Origin: the human T2T-CHM13v2.0 reference genome, Homo sapiens
Direction: 5' to 3' (one strand)
DNA: 64,000 nucleotides
Assembly (NCBI RefSeq): GCF_009914755.1
Contig: NC_060932.1
Below, piece by piece: positions 1 to 64,000 of the stretch. A program made the position numbers and the translations under genes. Position 1 is the stretch's first letter, and the number at the start of each line of letters is the position of its first letter. The notes under the pieces are model-generated. The model saw nothing but the letters and a program-made list of their open reading frames with translations. It made no database searches and was not told where the DNA came from.

Positions 1-218
1 TTGTTACTTTTCCCATCATGGTTCCAGATACACAGCTGGCACATGCATCCTGTTGAAAGAACAGAACATCAACCAAAAAAAGTTTCTTTCACACCACAAT
101 TAGCTGCCTAAACATTAAAGAAGAGAATCAAAACAAAGGTCCCTCACATTCTACAAGCTGGACAATGAACCCTTACTGAGGTAGACCATACTTTGTTGAT
201 TTTAAATCCACTGTCTAG

Positions 219-875
<657 letters not shown>

Positions 876-1039
876 TAAACCCACTGTCTACAGTTCATAA
901 AAAGGCATTGTATTTCAAAGGCATAAAGACTCGAATTTCATAAACATAAATTTAACTAAGAAAAGATCTCATATCCGACATAGGCATTCTATACAAAAAG
1001 CTATTTAGTTAAATGTTAATCTGTTGGTATTGTTACTCA

Positions 1040-47867
<46,828 letters not shown>

Positions 47868-49838
47868 CTGTATCCCCAAAAAAAGTGTGAAAATCTCAAT
47901 TTGTTTAAGGAAGCACATGTGTACACATAAGAAACACATTTTTCTCCCAAACTCACTAAAAAAATTTTAAGAAATAATGAGTTCCTTTATAGGGGAAAGG
48001 GTGTTTATCTGTCACTCTTCATATTTTCCATGTGGAGGGACTTTGCTAGATTAACACTCTTGGCCTCTTCTTCAACATGTTAGTCACTTCTCTTGAGAAA
48101 AAGATATGATACAGCTCATCTCTGTGCTAGGGAGAAGGAACCACTGGGCATGTGTGGTTCCAATGTACCCTGATTATACAAGCTATCTCCTACTATTCGA
48201 TATATTAGCAAATAATTTCAAACGCTATAAAGAGAGCTCAGAGACAAATCCCTGTACATCATTTTGAGGCATTTGTCCAATTATTTCCCAGAAATGGAAC
48301 TGCAAGCTTAAGGTAAGAACATGTCCAAGATTCCTTTTAAAATTACAGATGCTAGGTTCTGCAAAATTCTGTGAAGATGATTTATAAATACTAAATCAAA
48401 CTGGTCCAAAAGTCTCATAAAATTCAGCACTTAGGTATCTAGCACTGTTAGCAGAATCCATTACTTGCTTCTCTTGTATTCCAATGCACTCTCTGAGGAT
48501 GGTTAGATCACTTAGCATACTGAATATTATCGTTGCTTACAGCTCATTCTGAAAGTTCTTGAAGGCAAGGATTGATCTTTACCCAACCACTCCTTGCTGA
48601 ATACCTCTTTGCCAGGCTGGATATGAAGATGTTTAAACATCTCACCTTCTAGTCCAGTGGTTCTCAAGCCTGGCTGCTTAAGGGAATCACCTAGCATCTT
48701 AGAGTTTCTGGTAAGTAGGTTAGAGGTAGTCCTAAGCATCTCTGTTTTTAAGAATCTCCCCGGATGATTCTGATGTGAAGCCAGGATCATTAAAAGAGTA
48801 GAGAATGACTGGTCTTATAGAAAACTGCAGCAGGCAAACAGGAAATTAACAATATTTATCTTTGTGCCCTTTGTGCTGAACTCATTCCTTGGCACTGACA
48901 AGTATAAGGAGTGCATAAATAATACTAGGGTTACAAGAGGTGATGTCTGTCCTCTCTAGCTGCCTGCTATACTGCTGGAGATGAGCCCTGAAGAAAAAAA
49001 ATCAGAGAGATGAAGTGTTTCAGTGTGTCTTTACAATAAAGAAATAAGAAGTGTAACATATATTTAATTGTCAGTATGGAGCATTTATTAGGTGTTCTGT
49101 TGGGAAAGGTATTCTTATACTGGGTGATCTTTAGTAAAGTGACATCTAGGAATTCGGGGCTAGAGAAAGAAACCTAGCATCTAAAAAGAATGACCTATTT
49201 TAGTATGTAACACTTAAAAACTTTTCCATGGTAAATGACTTAGAAGATGGATTTGAAATCCAAAGGGCAGACACAGGGTTGATTTCTAAAACATGCAAAG
49301 GGATCTCACAAGCTGTCAAAGAGAGAACAGAGAGAGAAGCGGAGGCAGAAGCCAAGTAACAAGGAAAAGGGAAAAAAAGATGTCACTAGGAATGAAAACC
49401 AACCAACCAACAAAACATACATGTGATGTTTTCCTGTACACATAAGTCTTTGAGCATGTCACTACCCAGGTTGTGCCTTCTAAGCATCTTCTGTAACACA
49501 GAGACTCTCGATAAAACTGCTTCCTGACCCATCCCTTTCCTTCCCACTAGCTTCCTCCTACAGCCAGTGCAGATAGCAGGGGTGAGCAGATGGTAGAAGG
49601 CGAAGGGCAACTGGAGAAGGAAGCGAGAAAGACTTACACAAATGAAATAACTCCTCGGACTTGATGAGGTTTCAGAAAGTTCTTGAAGTAGGTAATTTGT
49701 CTCATTACGCTACTCCTTCTTACATTCCCCTCTGCCCACAGACTTGAGTACCCCTTCTTGTTCAGGCCTGTGTGCCTTCCCCTGCAACAATCATTTTTCT
49801 TAGTTCTAGGGGCTTGGAAAGCAATCTGATTATAATAA

Positions 49839-50960
49839 TGTGGTAACTGGTTGCCAAAGATGGCTCCCAACAATTCCTTGCCATGAAGTCAGCCCATACA
49901 GCACCTTAAGTGAAGGGCTGAACCTTATTTTCCCTCTCAATGAGTCTGGATTGCATTTTATTAGTTTGCTGGGCTGCCGTAACAAAGCACCACAGAGAGG
50001 GTGACTTAAACAACCACATTTATTTTGTCACAATTCTGGAGGCGAGAACTTCAAGATCAAGGTGTTGGTAGGACTGTTTTCTTCTCAGGCTTCTCTCACT
50101 GGCTTGTAGCCAGCTATTTTCCTCCTGTGTCTTCGCATGGCCACCCCATTGCTCATTTCTTTGTATAGAGATGGGAGTCTCACTATGTAGCCCAGGGGAG
50201 TCTCAAACTCCTGGGCTCAAGCAATCCTCCCATCTCAGCCTCCCAAAGTGCTGAGATTACAGGCATGAGCTACCAAGCCTGGCCCTCCTTTGTAAATTTC
50301 TGTGTCCAAATTTCCTCTTCATACAAAGATACCAGTCATATTGGATTAGGGCCTATCCTAGTGGCTTCATTTTAACTTAACCACCTCCTTAAAAATCCTG
50401 TCTCCAAATATAGTCACATTCTGAGCTACTGAGTGTTAGGAATTCAACATATAAATTTTGGGGGGACCCAACTCAGCTCATAACAGCTTGTGCCTTCCTT
50501 CCTTCAACCCAAAGAATACTGTAGAATTAACTCTCTACCAATTCCAGGCCTAAGCCTTGAGAAGGCCTGGCAGTATCTCCTTTTGCTCTCTTTGGGTGTC
50601 CGAAGCTGCCATGTAAGATGTCTGGGTATCTTGCTAGAGAGATCACAGGAGTTACAAAGAGGAAAGACCATGCTGAGAGGGAAAAGTCCTGACACAGAAG
50701 AGAATGAAGAAAGCCAGCAGACAGCAGAAACTGAAGTGCCGACGTGTGACTTGGGTTGACCTGGTCCACTCAGCCCCCAGCTCTTTAAGTCTTCCTAGCT
50801 GAAGTGCTAGACATATAAGGGATGAGGCTATTCGGCTTCTGCAGCCAGCAAAGCCCTCTGTGCCTTTTCCCAATTCCTAATGCACAGGATCATGATAAAT
50901 TTTTAACATATTGTATTGTTTTGGGCAAATAAGTCTTGGGGTAGTTTGCCATAGTGCTGA
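49839..50960. mobile_element. Nested MaLR LTRs: MLT1 (+) interrupted by MLT1 (-, about 49951-50485), which is itself interrupted by an Alu monomer (about 50150-50284)
   Basis: gggctgccgtaacaaagcaccacaga...ggattagggcctatcccta; Alu left arm inside; outer LTR halves on both sides. Confidence 0.7.
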
Positions 50961-51290
50961 GATTCAGTTTTGAGGACTAACAGTACAAGTTGTCAATTTA
51001 AACAGCATGCTGATGCTGTTATTGTGATATTTCATTTTCTATAATGCTGTGCAATATAGTCATTGCTTTTGTATAATAATGTCCATGTAGCTATTTCTGT
51101 ATTGTACTACTGCATTTTCCTCCAATCCCCATCTTTTCAGTTCTCTGCTTCCGCTGATTATTGCAATTTCCTTACAGGAATTGTGCCATTTGTCTTATCT
51201 TTGGAAAAAGAGAGCTATGTCCTAAAAACCACTAGAAGTCGGTGAGGGAACAACAAGTAGGTGAGGGAACAATCTTTAGAAATGTTTTTA

Positions 51291-51607
<317 letters not shown>

Positions 51608-51879
51608 TCAAGTATAGGAGATTCTTGCTATTAAGAATAGTTCATATCTGAAAAATGCTAGAGTGATTACAAAATACAGAAAAATGTTTCATAAAAAGGA
51701 GAAGAAAAAGTTTTGATTACAAATGTATCTTGAAATTTGTGAAAATGAGCTTTATATATTAGGCTGTGATAAGTGCCGTGAAGAAAAAGCATAATAAAGG
51801 ATGGGGCATATGCTAGTTTCCATAGAGCACCTCGGGCAGAAGTCAGAAGGAAATGAGAGAGCAAGCAGTATGGATATCT

Positions 51880-52685
<806 letters not shown>

Positions 52686-53140
52686 ATCCTAATAATGGCA
52701 TCCCAAGCAGAGGTTACAAGTAAGTGCAAAGGCCCCAGGGCAGGAATGTGCTAGATGGCTAGCAAGGTGGCTAAAGTGGCTGGAGCAGAGTCAGCTAGGG
52801 GCGGAAACAGAAGAAGTAGACTGGATTGGATCTGAGAGCCAAGAAGCCACTACAGCTGTCTAGAACTCCCATGAAGGTACCCTGTAATACACATTAAGGC
52901 ATACATTATTAACAAGTTCTTTTAGTTTCCTCTGTGATACTTGCTTGTTAAACCACACTGATCTCTAACAGGCTGAATTTCAGATAATTTCATTTCATTT
53001 TCTGCATGGATATGGTCTGGCTTGGGAAAGCAGAGAGGGAAAGGGGAAATAATGGACAGTGGGCAAAACAGTCACATACTAAAGCCCTCTGAAGACCACC
53101 AAACTAACCCAGAAGGTCTAAGTAGGATGAAACTTTACAC

Positions 53141-53360
53141 CAGGAGTGTCCAATCTTTTGGCTTCCCTGGGCAATATTGGAAGAAGAATTGTCTTGAGCC
53201 ACACATAAAATACACTAACACCAAAAATAGCTGATGACCTTAAAAAAAATCGCAAAAAAATCTCATAATGTTTTAAGCAAGCTTACAAATTTGTATTGGG
53301 GCACATTCAAAGCCATTCTGGGCCGCATGTGGCCTGCAGGCCTCAGGCTACACAAGCTTG
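53141..53360 (+). mobile_element. MER30 (hAT-Charlie)
   Basis: caggagtgtccaatcttttggcttccctggg...cacaagcttg; 8-bp flanks ctttacac and ctctagac. Confidence 0.85.
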
Positions 53361-55453
53361 CTCTAGACTCATGAAGAGGAGGACAAGCTATGATTAACAG
53401 GTCCAATGGCTACCCGATTTGGGATACCATGACAGGGCAACAATGTGGCCCTGGGAAAAACAACTTAAAGCAAAGTAACATTACTTGCCCTTTACTCTAC
53501 TCTCTCCCAACATACAGAAGGACAGACAGACTCAGCAGCTGCATGCACACATTCGGGGAAGCTTCAGTCTGGGATAACGACAGAGATCAAGACTTTCGTG
53601 TGTCAATCTCTTGTTTTAATCCTTAGTCCCTTACTCAAGAATTACGCTGTAGACAACTTTAAAAGAACATGAGAAGGATAATAATAACCAAATATGTTCG
53701 GCAATAGTAAAACAAATATTATGGGTCTTTATTACCTAGGTAAATCACCTTTCTAAAATTCTATATATAAACTTTAAATTTTTAATGCAAAAGCCTATGA
53801 GTTATATTTAATATACTTTTACTGAAATGAACTCACTGCTTGTAATCTGTTTTGCCCCATGAAGGGCACTTGTGTTTTCTATTTCTAATAATGCAAGCAT
53901 CTCCTGCTAAGTTTTTGAAGATGGAAGAAGTTAAAACAAGATTAGCTGAAAGAAGGAAATCACTTAGTTACATTTTATGTACTAGACCTCCTAACCCGGA
54001 CTAGTTATATTTTCCATGTAACAAATGGAATTTCCATAATTTGTACAAATATAATTTGGCTAGAGTATTTGGTAAATAGCCCCCTCGTTGGCTGAAGGAC
54101 TAGTCCTGAAGAACAGAATCTAAGAACCATCATTAAAAATGCCTAATCAAGTTGCAGCTAAGAGGTAGGTGGATGGCTTTACAAAGTGTTAAGACTCAGC
54201 TAAGTCTTAAAAAACCACTTTAGAATTAGGTCCAAATAAACACTGTAGAAGAAGCTATGTTAAATTATCCTTTCAGAGGTTCTCTTGGTGCTAGGGATCA
54301 AGAACACTTGAAGATCAGTTTTCTCAATACAGGCTATATTATTATTGGCATGAAATCCAGAGATCCCACTATATTTTCTTATTTCCTTTTACAAGTGCCG
54401 GTAACTTCATTTTTAACAATTTGGCGTGGAACTGTGATTTTCAGTTTGGGAAGTAATCCTAATCAAAAGACATGCTTTCAAGAATAAGGCATGACATCCT
54501 TACACCAATTACCCTGAGTACAGAATAATATTTCTTAAGGAAATCGAATTGTCGTGGACAAACAGTTTACCCTCTTCAGAGGACAAAAGAAGGCAGGTCT
54601 ATTTTTAGCCTTTCGCAAAACCTCAGTTCCATAAAGGAAGCACTGGTCTCCACAAATCCATTATCACAAACAAAATATAACGGTTGCTGATCAAGATAAA
54701 TGCAAGCTGCATATATTTTCCAGAAAAGTTCTGAAATGAGGCTGAACCTGAAATCCTGGGAAAGGCAGGTGAAGGACAATTAGAGAAGGTGTCCCTTGTA
54801 GTGCACAAAGACAGTAAAACTTCGCCCTCACTACGCCTCACCTATGTTTGAGGGAGCTCCATGCGCTTGCAATCAGGAGACCCAGTTTTATGGCTCTGTG
54901 ACTTTTTTTCTTTCTCCTGTCCGATCATAATCCTGATTCCGATCCCAGGAATCAGGGCCCTGGGAACTTTTTTTTTTTCCCCCAAATGCAAAGGATTTTG
55001 ACATCAGTATGTCACAGGTGAAGGCATTAAGGCGCGGCGAGCAGCAATGACTTGCCCAAACTCACAGCCCATGGCATAACTAGAATGCAAATCCACGTCT
55101 GTCAGCCTGTAAAAGTCCTCACTACTAGCCTTTCAGTTTTCTCAAAAGCAAAGAGAAATAACGACGACATCCATACAGCAGTGTTCCCGGAAACTTGGAA
55201 GGATGAGATTCGGACCAAGCAGCTGAACGGTGCTTCCTAAAGCGAGGAAGGGGTGTGCAAAATGATTTCCCCCTAAGCGGAGACGAAGAGCTGGATTACA
55301 GCCCCCGCCCCAGAAAGCCCCTAAGCCCTCCATCCCGAGTCCCCCATCCAGGCTGCACGCGACTCTGCAGACCTCCCCGTGGCCAGCGCGGCCCAGCGGG
55401 GAGGGGAAGGGGGCCATGCAAAAATGGGGCGCGCTCACTCCATCCCCACTCAC

Positions 55454-55650
55454 CTGTCAGCCGGGCCGCGCCACGGCGCACGCGCAGGGCCGGAGGTCGC
55501 GCGCGGAGCCGGCACCCAGTTTCCACCCCTCCCTCAAGGCGGCGGTCCTCTTCTATCCGCAGTCCCGGACCTGGAGCGGGTCAGACCCCGACTTCCGCCC
55601 CTGACTCCCCAGGCGGTCACATGACCGAAGCGGCTGGGAGCAGGGAGGGG
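55454..55650 (-). other. WASHC5: WASHC5 non-coding exon 1 (TSS approximate)
   Basis: Strong donor CAG|gtgagt at 55454/55453 inside the CpG island, upstream of exon 2. Confidence 0.8.
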
Positions 55651-55689
55651 CATCATGTGACCACTCGCCGGCGACGGCTGATGACGCAA

Positions 55690-55797
55690 GAGCCCGCTCT
55701 CACTTTTCAGCGGCAGGCGAAGGGGGCTGAGGAAAGGAGGTGGGTCTAGGCAGGGGAAATTGGGGTGCCACCAGACGGAGACAGCTTGGACTACCAG
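55690..55797 (+). other. NSMCE2: Non-coding exon 1 of the divergent gene NSMCE2 (SUMO E3 ligase of SMC5/6); intron 1 runs past the window end
   Basis: Donor CAG|gtaggg at 55797/55798. The identity rests on the known head-to-head arrangement with WASHC5; no NSMCE2 coding sequence is seen here. Confidence 0.75.
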
Positions 55798-56678
55798 GTA
55801 GGGAAGAAGCGGGGGACGGCAATGGGGAGGGTGGCAGGAGTTTCGCCACCCTCAGGGACACTCCACGGGGACTCCGAGCCGGGGGTCCGTCTACCCGGAT
55901 TATGGTTGTGGAACTTTTCACGCCACGGTAGTGAGTCTGGGACAGTTTACCCTCCTGTCCGAGACGCCATCTCTCCATCCTTTCGCCTCAAGTGTGTAGG
56001 GGCAAGATTACGAATTTTTGATCCAAATAGATTTTGTTTGAACTGACTTTAAAAGTAAGGCCACGGGAAGGTCGTTTGAATAAACTCTCTGGACCTCAAT
56101 TTCCTCTTCAGTTATGTAGATTGCAGTGAGAATTAGCGATAAGGAGAATAAAGTGCCGGGACACCAGTTTATGGCATTCTGTAGGTGACCGAGAAATGAT
56201 GATGTCTGTTGTTATTTTTGTAACTGGCCAAATCTTTATTGGTCCCCTATTTTGTGTGAGGAATTGCTTTATATGCAATAGAATATGTCAGGGTTCTAGT
56301 TTAAGGAGGTGTCAGTTTAAAGAAGCTGCAGACATGTGAGCAAATAGTTGTGATGAGTTTCATAATAGGAGTGTGTTGTGTACATGTGCATGTGATAGGG
56401 ATAATGGTAGCATGAGGGAGGGAAAAGCAATTGTATGAGAAGGATTCAGAGAGAAGGGATTATCCTTGCATGTTGAAAAAGGAGAGGCAGCTCTGGCTGA
56501 CTTGTACAAGGCTCCCATGGATTTAAAGGAAGTCAACATATTGTCTATAAATAACATGCAGAGAAAAAACTCAGGAAATGCACAACTTGTTCTAAACTTT
56601 CTTGGAGATCATAGGTACCGGGAAGAAAAAGATCAGTGTTATTACCTGGGGAGGGATCCAAGAGAGATTGATTTAAAC

Positions 56679-56882
56679 CAGTTATTCTCAACTGATGCAC
56701 TATTGACATTTTAGGCCAGATAATTTTTTGCTGTGGGGTCAGGGTGAGGGCTGTCCTGTGTTTTGTAGGATGCTTAAGAGCATCCCTGGCCTCTGCCCGC
56801 TAGATGCCAACCACAAAGTCTACAGATACTGCTAAATGTCCCCTTGCGAGAGGGGTAAAATCCTTCTTGGTTGAGAACCACT
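56679..56882. mobile_element. MER20
   Basis: cagttattctcaac...gcatccctggcctctgcccgctagatgcc...ggttgagaaccact. Confidence 0.8.
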
Positions 56883-56904
56883 TAAACCAAGCCATGAAAG
56901 ATGG

Positions 56905-57942
<1,038 letters not shown>

Positions 57943-58612
57943 TGAACAAAGTCTGGAGCTGAGATTAAGAATATTGGGTATGAAGGGGAGAAGGAAACAG
58001 GAGAGCTATGAATCTGACTGAAGCAGACAGTTAATTTATTCATTTATTGACTATTTTCAGAGCACTTGCTGTTTGTGAAGCACTGCTAACATCTTGCAAG
58101 ATAGTCACTAACAAAGTGGAGTGACTATAATTATAATTATATCAAAGAAGGTGCTGTTAGAGTCAGAGAAAGGAGTTGTCTTTGACTTGTACTTAGCTGT
58201 ATTTATTGGGAGAGATTGAGAAAAGTATGTCTGTTCCATCTTTCTGCACCATCCATTGCCTTTGCTTTTCAATTCAATCTCAGTCTTAATCTTTTCCCTA
58301 CTCCAGAATTACAGAAGAGCATGATCGTGTTTTCCTTGGTCCTCTGCAAAAGTGAAGTTTCACTAAAGTAATGTGAGTTTTGCATTCAAACAAATAGTGA
58401 CAGCTACTGTTTGGTAGATACTTTCCATTTATACTGGATTGCATTAATCTTCATAGATACTGTGTCTTTGTTCAAGCTACCATAACAAAATACCATAGAC
58501 TGGGTGGCTTAAACAACAGAAATTTATTTCTTACAGTTCTGGAGGCCAGAAGTTCAAGGTGAGGTTGCCAGCATAGTTGGATTCTGGTGAGGACTTTCTT
58601 CTTGGCTTGTAG

Positions 58613-59768
<1,156 letters not shown>

Positions 59769-60458
59769 TCATTTGGTCCTTGCAGGTTTGTGTTTTTTGA
59801 TTAATACTTAGTACTGTAACAGGTAAACCCCACAAGTCTAAATGGCTTTGCCCAGTTGAAGTTTCTTTCATGCATGGAGCCTGATAGGTGAGTAGTTTTC
59901 CTCCAAGCAGTGATGTAGGGCCTTGAGCTCCTTCCATGCAGTAATTCTCTATCATCAGCATATAGCTTTACTAAGGTCCCTGTGCTTGCCTGCATCAAGC
60001 TATCAAATGGGAAAATGTGGCTTTTTGCAGATTAGGCCTGGAAATGGCTCACATTTCATTGCCTTGGGTACAGTCATAGGCCACAGCTAACTTCAAGGAA
60101 GGCTGGAAAATGTGGAGCATATATAGGCATGTAACCGGGTTGAAGAGGAAATGGTTTTGGTGGGCACCTGTCCAGTATCTGTCACAAGTGTTTTGTCCTT
60201 ACCTGCCCTGAGAAATAGTCTCAAGAAACAGTCCTAGAAGTTTGCTATTGCATTTACTATAAGGATATTTTTGAGGATTATTTTTTTCAGTGTAACCCAT
60301 TATCTCATATATGATGATCCATACTTGCCTTGATTGCCATGGAAAGCTTTATTTTTTTCTTGAGTTTCTAGTGTTATTTGTTTTTTTTTTTTGGAGAAAA
60401 TAACTGTCACTTTTTGTTTTGATTGTGAGGAAGCTCACTACCAAATGTGTATTACTAG

Positions 60459-60748
<290 letters not shown>

Positions 60749-62229
60749 CTCTGTGTAGAATCCTAAAGTGTGCGTGACTCCATTATAACTTTCTCATATG
60801 CTTGGTTTGCCCGTAAATTTCTGTTTTTTGATCCTGGTTTTTCTGAATTTATATTTTTCCATCTTTTTGTGTATGTTTGTATTTATATTGTGTAAAATGT
60901 CTCAACTTGTTTGGTATAATACAGTGAGATTGTAAACAAGCAGTCTCTTTCAATGCAAATGTTTGAAGATCATCATTGGCTTTTATTCCTGTTTGTATTT
61001 TTTCTTTTTTGATGTGGAACTGTAAAGTCCCAGAAAAGAACACAACAAGAACCCTTGTTTCATCACCCAGATTTTAACATCTTTAACATTTTGCCATATT
61101 TGTTTCAGGTCTTGATTTTTAAGGTAAAGTTTTGAAAATACATAGAGCTCAAATTTCCATGATGACCACTAGACCCAACTGGAGTGAATCTTTATCCTGT
61201 ACTTAAGGCTGTCTACACTATATTCCCAAAGAATGAAATCCAGTTATCTTCCCATTCCTTTGTACCTGTATGCCAGGCAAAGGGAACTCATCTCATCGTT
61301 TACTACCTTATGATCTTTTTTCATCTCACTGCTTCCTTCATCTGAACAGCTCTCCCTGATAATTTAGACCTTTCCAAATCCTGAGTACCTTTTATGGTCC
61401 AGCTTAAGTGCCTTCATTTCCGTGAAGCCTATGTCTCCCCTGTTGTGCCTATAATCCTTTCCTTTCTTGAACATTGTAGCATAGTGGGTTTGTGTAATCG
61501 GTTTCTTTTTTCAACTTCATAGTACTTGGTTCATTCTTTTAATATGGAACTTGTTCTCTGCCAAGCCTGTTTTGAGGGGTTGTGGCAGAAAGGAGTTATG
61601 TTTATTCTGGAATATCAAATAGTTAAGGTTATATGAAATGTATGATTTAAGTCTTGGTGAAAAGTAGAATCTCTGATTTGAAAAGCGTGTTTGCATTATA
61701 TTGTAGAAAACTTTGGATACTGTGCTAATTATGTTGAATTTTATTATATAGGCAGGAGGGAGTTAGGACCAACCCTTCCTGCTTTTTTCTGTCTTTATTA
61801 CTGGCATCTCTGTCTTATTAGCAAGCTCAAAGACCTTAAGGTGAAGCATGCCTGGGTTATTAAAGGACTAGCAATGGCCAGATAATGTAGAACAGTGGTC
61901 TTCAAAGTGTAATTCTTGGATCAGCAAAATCTACATTACCTGGAAATTTGTTAGAAATGCAGATTCTTAGGTCCCTTCCCAGACATACTGAATTAGAAAT
62001 TCTGAGGGTGAGGTCCAGCAATCAGTGTTTTAATGGGCCCATCAGATGATTCAATACACTGACACTACATGTCTCCTAGATATATCAGAGTTAGAATTAC
62101 ATAGAGGACTTGTTAAAACGTAGATTGTTGGGGCCTGAGAATTTGCATTTCTAACAAGTTCATAGGTGATGCTGGTGACACTTGGTCAGGAACCATTTGG
62201 AGAACCACTATTGTCAGTTATTACGAAGC

Positions 62230-63990
62230 TCTTTGGCCATTACTCCCGGTGAGTCAGGAAGTCCTTAGGAGTTTTTGAGCAGAGGAGTCACATGATCTTA
62301 CGTACATTTTCAAAGGTTTACTCTGGCTGCTGTGTTGAGAATAGGGTGGAAGAGGCAAGACTGAGAGCAGGGAGACCAGGTAGGAGACTGTTGGAGTAAT
62401 TCAGGCAAGAGATGATGGTTTGAATCACGGTGTTATCAGCAGAATTGGTGAGAGTGGTTGGATTCTGGAGATAGTTTGACTACAGAGCTGGCAAAATTGA
62501 TGTTGAGTTTGGTATAGGATATGAGGGGAGGAGGAGAAGGATCAAGTATGAACCAAGAGTTTTGGTTCAACAAATGGAAGGATGGAGTTGCTATTTAGTA
62601 AGATGGGGCAGGTTGTAAAAGGAGTAGGTTTGGGGGAGGGGTAGGGCGGGAGAGAAGGAATGTGGGCCTTCCATGTTGGACGTTTTAAGTTCTGGAGTGA
62701 TCTTGCCAATGGTATTTAGATGGAATGGGTCTAGTTGGGAACACTAGGTGGATGGGAGAGGATGGAAAAGAGAGATCAGAGCACTGAGCCCTGGGCATAC
62801 CACCTATACTACAGTTTTGGAGACATGTGCTGTTTTAGGTGCTGGAGATACATAGTATTACATTCATTCCTTCTTTCAGCAAGCCTTTGTTGAATGGCCA
62901 CTAATGTGCCATGCGTTGTTTTAGGTGCTTGGAATACAGCAGTGAACAAAACAGAAAAAGTCAAAAAGTCTGTAAGTTTAAGGAACTTACAGTGTAATTG
63001 GGGACTAGACACTATAAACCTAATAAATACAAGAATGTCGTTTGGCAATACCTGCCTTGAGGAAAGATAAAGCAGAAGCAGAAGGGTGGGAATGCCTGGG
63101 GGTGGAGATTGGGAGGGCTTGCCGTTGTATATCAGATGGCCAGGGAAGGCCTTACTGATGAGGTGATACTCAAAGGGAGACCTTAGAGAAGTAAGGGAAT
63201 TGACCTAGTAGATATCTAGGGGACCAGTATCATGGCAGAGGGAACCAAGAAGGCATAGCCCTGAGGCAGGGCTGTATTTGATTTGGGTATAGAAGGAGAA
63301 GAAAAAGAAGCTTGGATTCTGAACCTGGGACCCTACAACATATGGAGCTCAAGGAGATGGAGAGGAAACAGAAAGGAGAATGAGAACAAGAACAAGGTAG
63401 GCAGGTGCAGAAAGTGCATCAGGAAGGGAGTGATTAACTGTGTTGCATACTGCTGGCTGATAGGTCAAAGGAGATAGGGCTGAGCATTGATAACAAATTT
63501 AACATTAAGTCTTTTCAGGTGACCTTGACAAGAGCAGTTGCAGTGGAGTGATAGAGATGGAACCCTAGTGGGGGTGGGTTCCAAAGGGAATGGAAGGAGA
63601 GGATTTGGAGACAAATGTATACAAATCTACAGACGAGTTTTGCTCTAAGGCTGAGTAGAGAAATGGGGCTGGTAACCAGAGGGGTAAGTGGGAGGAAAGT
63701 CGGAGGATGTTTTTGAGATGGGAGAAGTAATGGTGTATTTGTTTGCTGAAGGGAATGATTCAGTAGAGAGGGAAAATTTAATGATGCAGGAAAGCAGGGA
63801 GAATTGCTGGGAGAATGTCTTAGAGTAGGGAGGGAGGGATAGGATCTAGTGGATAATTGGAGTGGAGGTGGCCTTATCTAGGAGCAACAGTTTATTCATT
63901 TTAACAGGAGGGAAAGCAGAGTGTATGAGAACTGATGCTGATAGGTGGAGAGGTAAGCGGTGGGAGCTTGCAAAATTTCTATTCTGACTG
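62230..63990. mobile_element. Old L2 fragments
   Basis: Purine-rich L2-like text (ggagactgttggagtaattcaggcaagagatgatgg; cattcattcc...ggaatacagcagtgaacaaaacag; ggtgaccttgacaagagcagtt). Confidence 0.7.
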
Positions 63991-64000
63991 CTTCTGTTTC

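Larger units (their letters stand above)
55250..55980. promoter_or_regulatory. CpG island / bidirectional promoter of WASHC5 and NSMCE2
   Basis: High GC and CpG density; ETS/GABPA ACTTCCG at 55591 overlapping a GC box; E-boxes at 55615-55626 and 55653-55661; TGACGCAA at 55682; divergent splice donors on both strands. Confidence 0.9.

Noticed and set aside
51241-51272. Short duplication ggtgagggaacaa x2 (similar cases at 2076-2105 and 39089-39130)
   Set aside because: Ordinary slippage duplications with no sign of function
54932-54956. 9-bp inverted repeat cctgattcc/ggaatcagg
   Set aside because: A few such 9-bp stems are expected by chance in 64 kb.
55255-56046. Overlapping ORFs of up to 164 aa at the promoter
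   Set aside because: Stop-codon scarcity in a GC-rich CpG island; mostly non-ATG starts and low-complexity Arg/Pro/Gly content

Overview
Primate, almost certainly human, genomic DNA that is rich in Alu, L1, L2, MIR, MaLR and MER repeats. The minus strand carries most of WASHC5 (KIAA0196/strumpellin, SPG8). I traced non-coding exon 1 and coding exons 2-26 by hand: 3181 coding nt that splice in frame into about 1060 codons. The gene's 3' end lies left of the window. A CpG-island bidirectional promoter at about 55.25-56.0 kb also drives a + strand non-coding first exon. From knowledge of the locus this is NSMCE2, whose intron 1 fills the rest of the window. There are no prokaryotic systems, CRISPR arrays or tRNA/rRNA genes, and I found no convincing new multi-gene system. 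The best second-look items are: a 117-nt near-perfect intronic hairpin (3316-3432), a GC-AG intron 7 followed by an exon that regenerates a 5' splice site, a 20-codon uORF, paired M-box/CLEAR-like motifs in the promoter, an antisense THE1 LTR with an intact TATA box and donors, closely inverted Alu pairs, and several templated-insertion-like scars. Repeat family names and boundaries come from visual recognition and are approximate.
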